DNA of 64,000 bases from Bryobacteraceae bacterium (GTDB lineage: Bacteria > Acidobacteriota > Terriglobia > Bryobacterales > Bryobacteraceae): positions 254,171 to 318,170 of the forward strand of contig DATAUB010000035.1 in NCBI GenBank assembly GCA_036268475.1, read 5' to 3'. A model generated the notes under the pieces. The model was not told the origin of the DNA. It saw nothing but the letters and a program-made list of their open reading frames with translations, and did not search any database. Both the position numbers and the translations under genes were made by a program. Below are positions 39,102 through 47,646 of the stretch, one piece after another (positions within the stretch are counted from its first letter, which is position 1; the number at the start of each line of letters is the position of its first letter).

Positions 39102-39881
39102 TTACTCCACCACGACTGCAAGCCCGTCGTAGGCCAGGCGGATGTGGGGCGGCAGCATGCTCTCCGCGCGCTCATGCCCCAGGTCGTGGCAGATGTGCGT
39201 GAAGAATCCGCGCCGCACGCCCAATTGTTCGATCGTCCGGGTGGAACGGTCCACCGTGGAATGCGTGGGGTGCGGCTTATAGCGAAGGGCGTCGAGAAAG
39301 AGGACGTCGAGACCGCGCAGGAGTTCCATGGAGCTTTCGGGGATCTCGCTGTGATCGGTGAGATAAGCGGCGTTGCCGAAGCGGAAACCGTAGATGGGCC
39401 ACGGGCCGTGCATAATCGGGATGGGCAGAAACTCCAGGCCGAAAAGATCCACCGGCGAGCCGTCGAGAATTCGCGGATCCACATGCGGCACGTTGGTCTT
39501 CTTCTCCACGCCGTCGAAGACGTATGGGAAGGCGCGGCGGATGGCGTCCATGGTGTGCGCGGCGGCGTAGATGGGGATATCGCCGCTCTGCCGGAAATTG
39601 AACGGGCGGATATCGTCGAAGCCCATCATATGGTCGGCATGCGCGTGGGTGAAGAGGACGGCGTCCACGCGCTCGATGCGGGCGCGCAGGGCCTGGGTGC
39701 GGAAATCGGGTGTAGTGTCGATCAGAACATTGCGGCCGCCATAGCTGACCAGCACCGAAGGGCGCAGACGGTTATCGCGCGGATCGGTGGACGTGCACAC
39801 CGCACAGTGGCACCCAATGGTGGGCACGCCCACGCTGGTGCCCGATCCGAGCACCGTGATGGTAACGGCAGGGGCCGCCAT
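39102..39881 (-). CDS. MBL-fold metallo-hydrolase (PhnP-like)
   Basis: VLGSGTSVGVP, CHCAVC and FTHAHADHMMG motifs. Confidence 0.85.
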   Translation of the reverse strand: MAAPAVTITVLGSGTSVGVPTIGCHCAVCTSTDPRDNRLRPSVLVSYGGRNVLIDTTPDFRTQALRARIERVDAVLFTHAHADHMMGFDDIRPFNFRQSGDIPIYAAAHTMDAIRRAFPYVFDGVEKKTNVPHVDPRILDGSPVDLFGLEFLPIPIMHGPWPIYGFRFGNAAYLTDHSEIPESSMELLRGLDVLFLDALRYKPHPTHSTVDRSTRTIEQLGVRRGFFTHICHDLGHERAESMLPPHIRLAYDGLAVVVE

Positions 39882-40208
39882 TCAGGCTTTCTGCGCCGCG
39901 CCCTTGGCGATGTCTTCGGACACCTGCACGAAGCGGAAACGCAGTTCGGTGAGGGAATTCTCCAGCAGACGGTGCTCTTCCATGCCGAGATTGCCCTTGG
40001 TTTTCTCGAGCAGGATGGCCATCAGATCGATGGTGTGGCGCGCCAGTTGGAGATCCGGTGTGTCCTTTTCCTCCTCGCCGAAGTGCATCAGGCCAAGTTG
40101 CATTTCGGCCTGGGCGCGCAGCGAGAGCACGATGAAAGTGAAGGACGGAGGCGGCATGGGGATTTGGAAATCCTCCGGCGCGGGTGGGTTCTGGACTTCG
40201 TCGCTCAT
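39882..40208 (-). CDS. DUF1844-domain protein
   Basis: PPPSFTFIVLSLRAQAEMQLGLMHFGEE...ARHTIDLMAILLEKTKGNL is a typical DUF1844 pattern. Confidence 0.8.
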   Translation of the reverse strand: MSDEVQNPPAPEDFQIPMPPPSFTFIVLSLRAQAEMQLGLMHFGEEEKDTPDLQLARHTIDLMAILLEKTKGNLGMEEHRLLENSLTELRFRFVQVSEDIAKGAAQKA

Positions 40209-40237
40209 CAGCTTCTATTTTAGAACGGCGGCGCGAC

Positions 40238-40726
40238 TCAGCGCAGGATCTCGACCAGCAGCACCCAGGCGCTAACGCCTCCGGCGATAAACGAAAAGAC
40301 AAATCCCGGCACCAGCCAATATAACGCGCCCGGGGCGCCGGCCAGCAGTTCGATGCCGGCCACACAAAACGGTATCGCGGCGATCTGGCTGAGGATGGCG
40401 CGGTTGAGGAACCAGGCCCAGGGATGGCCTTTCCTCTGCCGCAGGTATTGGATGTGCCCCGCCACCTGCGCCAGCCAGAGGCCGAACGCAATGACGATAA
40501 TCTCAATGGCTAGCGTCGATTGCCGCTGCCCCGGCACCAGGCCCATGGTGGCAATGAGGAACACCTCCAGGAACTGGATCATGGATTCGGCGGCGCGGCC
40601 CGGCAGGCCGGGAAAGGAAACGATCTTCGCCAGATTGACCGAGAGCGCGACGAATACCAGGCCAGTGAGGGTAGCAGCAGCGCCCGCCTCTACGGCCAGC
40701 AGGGTGCTCCACTCCGCCATTGCCAC
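40238..40726 (-). CDS. Hypothetical 5-TM membrane protein
   Basis: Hydrophobic periodicity throughout. No family recognised. Confidence 0.6.
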   Translation of the reverse strand: MAMAEWSTLLAVEAGAAATLTGLVFVALSVNLAKIVSFPGLPGRAAESMIQFLEVFLIATMGLVPGQRQSTLAIEIIVIAFGLWLAQVAGHIQYLRQRKGHPWAWFLNRAILSQIAAIPFCVAGIELLAGAPGALYWLVPGFVFSFIAGGVSAWVLLVEILR

Positions 40727-40731
40727 GCAGT

Positions 40732-41877
40732 CTATTTCCCGGATTTCTTAGTCGGTTTGGTCGAAAGCCGGGGCGCGCTGGCGATCATTTGTTTGATCAC
40801 ATCGGCGTCTTTTTGGCGGTAGAGCGGGCCGGTGGTGTGGAACAGGTCCTGCGTCCATATCGAAGGCTCGCGGTCGACATACGGCTTCTGCCAGGAGTCC
40901 CAGGGCAGCCAGCGTTGCGTCTTGCCCTGCACCAGGTCGCCGACCAATGCGCCCACATCGTACTTCAGCGCGATGGGCAGGATGGCTTCCACGCTGCTGC
41001 CTTGGTTGCGGGCAAGGAACCCCGTGCAGATCACCGGGCGCTTATATGCCTGCAACCACTTCACGCGCTTCTCGAACTCCTCCGGGCCGTCGTAATTCTG
41101 AAAGGAGACGAAGTCGGAGAGCTGGATCTGGAGCTTTTCGATGGGAGTGAGCGTGGCCTCGCTCGACCAGTCTCCATGCCACAATCCGCTGGTCACCGGC
41201 TGCGTCGGCTGGCCGGCGCGCACGTACTGAAATAGCTTGGGTAGCACGCTCTCGACTATCGCGATCTTATTGGGCAATTCGGAATTCGGGTAGGTCGCCT
41301 TATTGGTGTTGTCGGGTTCGTTCCACACGTCCCAAGCCAGCACGCGCTTATCGATGGAGAAGATCGCCACCACTTCTTCGGCGTAATTGAGGGCGTCGTT
41401 GAGCTGTTTGGGATCGGTGAGCCCCTTGGCTCCGGGAACCTGCGCCCACAGGGAGTTGCGCACTCCGGGTTTGGGCTGGCGCTGATGGCCCGGCTCGGGG
41501 TAGGGGTCGCCCGAAGAATCGAAGAGCACGAAAATCACGCGCATCTTATGTTTGTCGGCAATCTTCAGCAGCCGGTCGATGCGCTTCTGCATGCCGCCGG
41601 AATCGCGTTCCCACACCAGGTCGCTGAGCGTGACGCGTATGGTGTTGATTCCGAGACCTTCCGCCCAGCCCAATTCCATGTCGATGCGGTCGCCGTCGAA
41701 GGTCTCCGCCTGCCACATCTCAGTCTGGTTCACGGTGTTACTTTGGATGTAATTGGCACCGATGATCCAGGGCTGGTGGGCGTACCAATCGGCCATCGTG
41801 CCGGGACTCCACTGGTGGCTCTGCGCGAGAGCGACGGCCACCGGAAAAAACAAAAAGAACAAGGCTAAACGTTTCAT
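40732..41877 (-). CDS. Secreted glycoside hydrolase, GH5/clan GH-A-like TIM barrel
   Basis: Signal peptide MKRLALFFLFFPVAVALA. LAWDVWNEPDN carries the NEP acid/base motif. GINTIRV also present. Confidence 0.7.
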   Translation of the reverse strand: MKRLALFFLFFPVAVALAQSHQWSPGTMADWYAHQPWIIGANYIQSNTVNQTEMWQAETFDGDRIDMELGWAEGLGINTIRVTLSDLVWERDSGGMQKRIDRLLKIADKHKMRVIFVLFDSSGDPYPEPGHQRQPKPGVRNSLWAQVPGAKGLTDPKQLNDALNYAEEVVAIFSIDKRVLAWDVWNEPDNTNKATYPNSELPNKIAIVESVLPKLFQYVRAGQPTQPVTSGLWHGDWSSEATLTPIEKLQIQLSDFVSFQNYDGPEEFEKRVKWLQAYKRPVICTGFLARNQGSSVEAILPIALKYDVGALVGDLVQGKTQRWLPWDSWQKPYVDREPSIWTQDLFHTTGPLYRQKDADVIKQMIASAPRLSTKPTKKSGK

Positions 41878-41954
41878 GAGCCGGCTTTACAAGCGAGATA
41901 GTGCTTGGCCCGAAGATATCGCGTTGCGGGCACGCACGTCAAGCACGCCTCATC

Positions 41955-42134
41955 TGCTAGAATGGTGAATGCTTTAGCCCCGCGAACTGGCCCTGAATGC
42001 GAGCTTCGCAGCGCCCGAATAGATGAAACGGGGGAGCGGAATGAACCGTCAAACCAGTGCACGGTGCTAGCGCGATCCGCTGGAGCGGTTCGTGGCGTTA
42101 CCGCGCTCCCCGCTGGTAACCATGCATTTTTTTT
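41955..42134 (+). promoter_or_regulatory. Candidate structured leader or small RNA: extended -10 TGCTAGAAT, about 160 nt with mutually exclusive helices, then a hairpin and a T8 run
   Basis: TGCTAGAAT at 41955-41963. Hairpin at 42097-42120 (9 bp, 1 bulge), then catgca and TTTTTTTT at 42127-42134. GGGGAGCG (42031-42038) is complementary to CGCTCCCC (42104-42111), which lies inside that hairpin. Confidence 0.25.
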
Positions 42135-42177
42135 GCGGGCCCGCGCAATGTCCGGGCCGCGGATTGGAGTTTTCCTC

Positions 42178-42405
42178 ATGGGTATGCGTTCTGGTACCAC
42201 ATTCAAGAAAAGGCAAAAAGAGCTGGCGCGTATGGAAAAACAACGCGACAAGCAAGCCAGGAGAATACAGCGGAAGGTGGAGAAGGCGACTGGGCCGCCG
42301 GTGGACGATATGGGTGAACCGGTAGGCGACCTGTCCTTGCCGTCCGACGACGAAGTTAACGAAGGCGCCGACGTCAATGAAGTCAATGAGCAGGCCGGCG
42401 TCTAA
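42178..42405 (+). CDS. Small hypothetical protein with a basic N-terminal half and an acidic C-terminal half (75 aa)
   Basis: MGMRSGTTFKKRQKELARMEKQRDKQARRIQRKVEK followed by DDMGEPVGDLSLPSDDEVNEGADVNEVNE. Internal ATG of ORF 41905..42405. Confidence 0.45.
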   Translation: MGMRSGTTFKKRQKELARMEKQRDKQARRIQRKVEKATGPPVDDMGEPVGDLSLPSDDEVNEGADVNEVNEQAGV

Positions 42406-42466
42406 GCGCACGCGCATCGGGGCAATGGTATCTTGAAGGTAGCACTCCGTTGATCTGGATATACGC

Positions 42467-43849
42467 TTGAAAATTGGTTTTGTAAGTCTGGGTTGCCCCA
42501 AAAATCTGGTAGACAGTGAAGTAATGATGGGCCAGCTTGTGGCCAAAGGCCACGAGCTCACGCCCCATCCCGACCAGGCCGAAGTCCTCGTAGTCAATAC
42601 CTGCAGCTTTATCGATCCCGCCAAGAAAGAGTCGGTCGACACCATCCTGGAAATGGCGGAGTACAAAAAGGTGGGCCGCGCCCGCAAACTGATTGTCGCG
42701 GGATGCCTGGTGGAACGGTACCGCGGCGATATCCGGCAGGAAATGCCTGAGGTGGACGCCCTCATCGGCACCAATGAGCTCGACCGCATCGTGGCGCTGT
42801 GCGAAGGCATGGAGCCGGGCGAGTCGATTGCGCAGCCCTACCTGTATCACGACCTCACGCCGCGAGTCCTCGCCACTCCCCGCCATTTTGCCTACATCAA
42901 GATTGCCGAAGGCTGCGACCATCCCTGCAGCTTCTGCGTGATTCCGCAATACCGCGGTAACTTCCGCAGCCGCCGCTTCGAATCGGTGATCTCGGAGGCC
43001 ACGCGCCTGTTCGCGCAGGGCGTGCGCGAGATCAACCTGATCGGGCAGGACACCACCTGCTACGGCGAAGATCTGGGCTTGACGGACGGCCTGGCGCAAC
43101 TGCTCGCCCGCCTCGCGGAAATCGAGACGGCGCAACGCAAGTGGGTCCGCTTCCTCTACGCCTACCCGAACAAAATCACCCAGAAACTGCTCGACACCAT
43201 CGCGCAGCACCGCGACCTGGTGAAGTACATTGATATGCCGCTGCAGCATGCCAGCGCGGCGGTGCTCAAGCGCATGAAACGCGGCGCGTCGGGCGCCATT
43301 TTCCTGAAGCTGCTGGAGCGCATCCGCCGCACCATTCCGGGAGTGGCCATCCGCACCAGTTTCATCGTAGGATTTCCGGGCGAGACGGCGGAAGATTTCG
43401 AGGAGTTGTGCCAGTTCGTGGAGGCCGCGAAGTTCGACAATCTCGGCGTGTTCACATACTCCGACGAGGATACCAGCGGCAGCTATGCGCTCGACCGCAA
43501 GGTGGACGGCCGCACCATTCAGAATCGTAAGCGGCATTTGATGGCCATCCAGCGGAAGATCGCGCGCCGGCGCAATCGCGCTCTGGTGGGCAGGGAAGTG
43601 CCGGTGTTGGTGGAAGGCAGGTCGCAGGAAACCGACCTGTTGTGGAGCGCGCGCATGTCGACGCAGGCGCCCGAAATCGACGGCGTCACGCTGGTTAACG
43701 ACTTCGAGGGCCGTGAGCCGCAGGCCGGCGAGATGCGCACGCTGCGGATTACCGAAGCGCACGATTACGACGTGGTGGGTACGCTGCTCGCACCGGTGGA
43801 AGCGCCGCCTCAACTGGCGCCATCGCCGCTCATTCAGATTGGAGTATGA
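42467..43849 (+). CDS. rimO: Ribosomal protein S12 methylthiotransferase RimO
   Basis: [15 protein letters not shown], radical SAM motif CDHPCSFC, and a C-terminal TRAM domain. TTG start. Confidence 0.95.
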   Translation: MKIGFVSLGCPKNLVDSEVMMGQLVAKGHELTPHPDQAEVLVVNTCSFIDPAKKESVDTILEMAEYKKVGRARKLIVAGCLVERYRGDIRQEMPEVDALIGTNELDRIVALCEGMEPGESIAQPYLYHDLTPRVLATPRHFAYIKIAEGCDHPCSFCVIPQYRGNFRSRRFESVISEATRLFAQGVREINLIGQDTTCYGEDLGLTDGLAQLLARLAEIETAQRKWVRFLYAYPNKITQKLLDTIAQHRDLVKYIDMPLQHASAAVLKRMKRGASGAIFLKLLERIRRTIPGVAIRTSFIVGFPGETAEDFEELCQFVEAAKFDNLGVFTYSDEDTSGSYALDRKVDGRTIQNRKRHLMAIQRKIARRRNRALVGREVPVLVEGRSQETDLLWSARMSTQAPEIDGVTLVNDFEGREPQAGEMRTLRITEAHDYDVVGTLLAPVEAPPQLAPSPLIQIGV

Positions 43850-44016
43850 CTTTTAAGTGCCCCATCTGCACAAAGGAAGTGAAACTGGGCGAGCCCGATT
43901 TTCCCTTCTGTTGCGAACGGTGCCGGCTGATCGACCTAGGTAACTGGTCGGCCGAGAAGTACCGGATCTCAAGCCCCGCGAACCCGCAGAGAGACGAAGA
44001 AGAGACTGAAAACTAA
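43846..44016 (+). CDS. yacG: DNA gyrase inhibitor YacG (zinc-finger protein, 56 aa)
   Basis: Below the ORF-track size cutoff. [41 protein letters not shown] matches E. coli YacG (CPxC...FCSxRCxLIDLGxW). ATGA overlap with the rimO stop. Confidence 0.85.
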   Translation: MTFKCPICTKEVKLGEPDFPFCCERCRLIDLGNWSAEKYRISSPANPQRDEEETEN

Positions 44017-44086
44017 AGCTCCTGCCGGTCGGCGCAGGCACCTCATCGGATCGAGAGAAAAACTCACCGAATCGAAGGGGAATGCC

Positions 44087-44374
44087 ATGCCTCGTGCCGA
44101 AACCCGCAATGAAAAACTTGAAGTTCGGCTGACGCCATCGGCGAAACGCAGGTTGCAGACTGCGGCATCCGCGATGCACTGCTCGCTGAGTGAGTTCGTG
44201 CTGGACAGCGCTCTCGCCCGTGCTGAGGAGACCCTGCCCGACCGGCAGCATTTCGGACTCAACGACGAGCAGTGGGAGGCGTTTCAGAAGGCGCTCGATG
44301 CGCCGCCGCAACCTTCGCGCCGGCTGGCAAGGCTTCTCAGGGGGCCGAGCGTCTTTGAGCGTGGCGCGCGTTAG
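44087..44374 (+). CDS. DUF1778-family (TacA-like, RHH) antitoxin
   Basis: KLEVRLTPSAKRRLQTAASAMHCSLSEFVLDSAL...LNDEQWEAFQKALDAPP. Confidence 0.85.
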   Translation: MPRAETRNEKLEVRLTPSAKRRLQTAASAMHCSLSEFVLDSALARAEETLPDRQHFGLNDEQWEAFQKALDAPPQPSRRLARLLRGPSVFERGAR

Positions 44375-44408
44375 TTAGTGGCAACGCTGCGCATCGAGAA
44401 ATTGCAGC

Positions 44409-44879
44409 GTGCGCAACATCGAGGACTTCGATTGCGGGCACAAGGCGCTGAACCGCTTTCTGATCCGCTACGCGTTCCAAAACCAGCAGGCTGGGGCGTC
44501 CCAGACCTATATCGCGCTCGCTGACGAAACCGTCGCCGGCTATTACACGCTGGTGGTCGGCCAAGTGGATTACGACCAGGCTTCCGAGCGGCTAACGAAG
44601 GGCCTCGCCCGCCACCCGGTCCCGATCATGCTGCTGGCTCGGCTTGCCATTGCCACTTCCTGCCAGGGACGTGTCCTGGGTAGCGGGTTGCTAAAGGATG
44701 CCATGCAGCGAACCTGCCAGGCCGCCGACATCGCGGGCATCCGCGCCTTCGCGGTGCACGCCAAGGACGATCAGGCGCGCGCCTTTTACGGGCACTTCGG
44801 ATTCGCTCCCCTCCCCAGCGATCCCTATCACCTCTTCCGCCTCCTGAAGGACATTCGCCGCGGCACTACCAAAGACTGA
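44409..44879 (+). CDS. GNAT-family acetyltransferase toxin (TacT/AtaT-like); the N-terminus appears frameshifted
   Basis: FDCGHKALNRFL...YYTLVVG...LLARLAIATSCQGRVLGSGLL...AVHAKDDQARAFYGHFGF. A GTG at 44378, 3 nt after the antitoxin stop, opens VATLRIEKLQRAQH in the -1 phase relative to this frame. Confidence 0.8.
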   Translation: MRNIEDFDCGHKALNRFLIRYAFQNQQAGASQTYIALADETVAGYYTLVVGQVDYDQASERLTKGLARHPVPIMLLARLAIATSCQGRVLGSGLLKDAMQRTCQAADIAGIRAFAVHAKDDQARAFYGHFGFAPLPSDPYHLFRLLKDIRRGTTKD

Positions 44880-45026
44880 TGCTCCGCCGGAGTCCAGTAT
44901 TCCCGATGCATGTGGGAGCCAACCGTGTTCACCTCGTAATTCGCAAGGAACGCGGACTCCTGCTGCACCGCGGGTTAGAAGATTGGCTGCCGGGGAGGCC
45001 GTGCAAATGACTACCTGCAACTGCTT

Positions 45027-45647
45027 CTATTCGCTGAAACGATAGAGTTGCGCCGGCTTGCGGCCGGTGGGGCGCCACTCCTTCGTCGGCTTCACGATTC
45101 CCTTCAGAATAATCTTCCGTCGGAAATTGCGCTTATCGAGGCTCTCGCCGAGCACCGCCTCGTGCACCACCTGCAGTTCGCTCAACGTGAATTTGCCGGG
45201 TAGCAGTTCGAACCCGACGTTGGTGTAGTCCAACTTGTTGCGAATGCGCTGGTGCGCGTACTCCACAATTTTGCGGTGGTCGAATGCCAACACCGGAAGC
45301 TGGTCAACCGGAAACCAGGCGGCATCGGAAGCATCGGTGCCGGCCTGAAGGGTCTGCTCATGCGGCACCAGCGCGTAATAGGCCACCGTCACCACTCGTC
45401 CGCGCGGGTCGCGATTGAGGTCGCCGAAGGTGTACAGTTGCTCCAGGTAGACTTGGTCGACGCCGGTCTCCTCCCTCAGTTCACGGATGGCGGCGGCGTC
45501 CAGCGCCTCTTCGTTCTGGACGAAGCCTCCCGGCAGCGCATGGCGATTCTCAAATGGCTTGGCCAGTCGCTGAATCAGAAGCACGTGGAGGCGGCGATCG
45601 ATAATCGTCAGCAGCACGACGTCGACGGTTACCAGCAGTTTGGACAT
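45027..45647 (-). CDS. NrtR-like regulator: Nudix domain fused to a C-terminal winged HTH
   Basis: Intact Nudix box GGFVQNEEALDAAAIRELREETGV. The C-terminal LAFDHRKIVEYAHQRIRNKLDYTNVGFELLPGKFTLSELQVVHEAVLGESLDKRNFRRK is the NrtR DNA-binding-domain pattern. Confidence 0.8.
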   Translation of the reverse strand: MSKLLVTVDVVLLTIIDRRLHVLLIQRLAKPFENRHALPGGFVQNEEALDAAAIRELREETGVDQVYLEQLYTFGDLNRDPRGRVVTVAYYALVPHEQTLQAGTDASDAAWFPVDQLPVLAFDHRKIVEYAHQRIRNKLDYTNVGFELLPGKFTLSELQVVHEAVLGESLDKRNFRRKIILKGIVKPTKEWRPTGRKPAQLYRFSE

Positions 45648-45653
45648 AGGCCG

Positions 45654-46574
45654 CTACCCTACCACCAGGTTGGCCTTCTCGCGGGCTACGCCGATTTCGG
45701 AGATCGCGCCGGAATTGAAGTCCAGGTGGTCGGCCTCCACGCCGTCGGAGAAGATCACTCCGCCTGTGGGCATTTGCGACTCCAGCGCCAACGGAGCGCT
45801 GGGCAGCACCACCCCGGCTACGATCGATGCCTGCGAGTGCCGGCTGACAAAAGGCTCGCGAACCACGAAGAAAAGCCGCTCCTCTTCCCATTCCATTCTG
45901 ATGGGCTCCGGTGGCGCGCCGCCGAGAAATGTCAGCATACCAGACGTCTGGTTGAAGATAGACGAGAGCCATCCGGTGCTGCCGGCGCCGGTGGATACAA
46001 TGACTCCGCTCGACGACTGGCTCTCCTGTTTTCCGCCGGCGCGAATTCGGTAGCGCGCCGAGACGTGGCTGGCGGCGCCGATGAACAGGTCGTTGAACGC
46101 GAGGAGGCGCTGGCCGTCTTTCAACCGGGCCTCGGCCAGCGTGACGCTGCGGACTCGCGCTTTCCCGTTGAGCGTGCGCTCCAGCGCTGCGCGCAGGGTC
46201 GACGGCAGGAACGGCAGGAGCAATCCGTCAAAGCGGTCGGGATCGGGATTCACGGCCAGGATCGGCTGCCCGCCGGCATATTTGGCGGCATTGGCTACCA
46301 GTCCGTCCTGACCGATAGCAACAATCAGATCGCTGTTTGAAAATAGATACGTCGGAACCAGCGCGCGATCCAAAACCTGAACCTTCACTCCGACTTCGAC
46401 CGCGCGCCGAACCGTCTCGAGCGACCGGTAGTAAACGTCGTGTTCGAGCGCGTATGCAGAGAAATCGCCGCCCGCATGCTCAATGTAGAATTGCGCCTGC
46501 GCCCTGGTGTTGAAGCGCTCGATCAATTCTTCCAGGCGCGTTTTGCGCGTAACCAATACAATCTTTTCCGTCAC
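45654..46574 (-). CDS. NAD-kinase-fold protein (ATP-NAD kinase family, atypical)
   Basis: VAIGQDGLVANAAKY (GGDG-like), VNPDPDRFDG and VSTGAGSTGW (TPTGSTAY-like). Start placed at the GTG at 46574, behind a GGGGGTGA ribosome-binding site. The ORF track starts at the TTG at 46598. Confidence 0.7.
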   Translation of the reverse strand: MTEKIVLVTRKTRLEELIERFNTRAQAQFYIEHAGGDFSAYALEHDVYYRSLETVRRAVEVGVKVQVLDRALVPTYLFSNSDLIVAIGQDGLVANAAKYAGGQPILAVNPDPDRFDGLLLPFLPSTLRAALERTLNGKARVRSVTLAEARLKDGQRLLAFNDLFIGAASHVSARYRIRAGGKQESQSSSGVIVSTGAGSTGWLSSIFNQTSGMLTFLGGAPPEPIRMEWEEERLFFVVREPFVSRHSQASIVAGVVLPSAPLALESQMPTGGVIFSDGVEADHLDFNSGAISEIGVAREKANLVVG

Positions 46575-46578
46575 GGCA

Positions 46579-47540
46579 TCACCCCCGCGGCGCGGCAATG
46601 AGGGTGCGGAGCAGATCCGGCGACACGTTCAGTTCGCCGATCTTTTGGGCATTGGCCGCCAGATCCTGGAATGCCATCGCGATGGTGTTGCGGGCGTCGC
46701 CGCCTTGCGGATTCAGCATCATCAGGACGCGCCAGTCGAGCCCTTGCACGGGGGCGATTATGGCCTGCAGCGCATAGGCGCGGCTGTCGGCCTCCTTCCG
46801 TTCGTTTTCGGATTTCTGATCGGTAAGGGCGGCGCGCTGCGTTTCCAGCGCGATTTGCGCTTCCATCTCGCGCTCATGCAGTTCGCGCTGCTTGTTCTGC
46901 ACCGCCAACTCCGTCTGCAGTTCGTTTTCCTTGAGCCGCCGTTCCTGCTCGATGGCTGCGTTGCGTCGCGTATACACCGCCTCATCGGCATTGCGATTGA
47001 GCGCTTCGCGCGCTTCCGCTTCGAGTGCTTTCGCCATCTCGGGAGTGGGCCGCAATGCCAGGATGGCCAGATTGAGGATCTCCACGCCGATCTGCGTGAC
47101 TTCCGGGCTCGCCTTGAGTTGCCCGAGCACAAGGCCGGTCAGCGCATCGCCGTGGACCAGTGCCTCGCGGAGCGCCAGCCCTTGAATACCGGCACGGACA
47201 AGCGTTTGCAAATGGTAGACGAGGCGCTCCGGCAGCTTCTGATACTGATCGCTCCGGTAATGGCCGTTGGAATCGACAGTGAAGTCGAGCATGGAAGCGG
47301 CCTTCTTGGGATCGGCAATCCGGTACGTCATCTGCCCCTGGACGGTGAGCGCCTGGAAATCGGCCGTCGGCTCCTGAAAGGCAAACGGGATGTTCACGCT
47401 ACCCAGGGGAATGGACACGATACTCGATGCCGGTCCGAAGTAGAAGAACGACAAGCCGCGCCTTCGCGGACCAGTTTGCCTCCGGAGAAATGGAGGATGT
47501 AGTCTGTGGGATTGGATTTGCAGTACCCGATGGCGGACAT
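46579..47540 (-). pseudogene. SPFH/Band-7 domain protein with a 1-nt frameshift after codon 28 (true lesion or assembly error)
   Basis: The ATG at 47540 gives MSAIGYCKSNPTDYILHFSGGKLVREGA. The next frame continues LSFFYFGPASSIVSIPL through 46579. Inserting one G in gcgg at about 47456 restores REGAGLSFFYFGP. A coiled-coil C-terminal half follows. Confidence 0.75.
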
Positions 47541-47558
47541 TTCTTTGAATCTCCTATG

Positions 47559-47595
47559 GTGTCTATGTGACACAATTATGGTGTCGCACAGACAC
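47559..47595. promoter_or_regulatory. Two tandem 15-bp palindromic sites, GTGTC-N5-GACAC, 22 bp centre to centre (putative NrtR-like operator)
   Basis: GTGTCTATGTGACAC (47559-47573), aattatg, then GTGTCGCACAGACAC (47581-47595). They lie 19-55 nt upstream of the SPFH ATG and about 52 nt upstream of the divergent epimerase ATG. Confidence 0.5.
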
Positions 47596-47646
47596 TTTGT
47601 CAAGAAAAAAGAGAGACTCTTCGCGAGGCCCGCACCAAAGAGGCAA

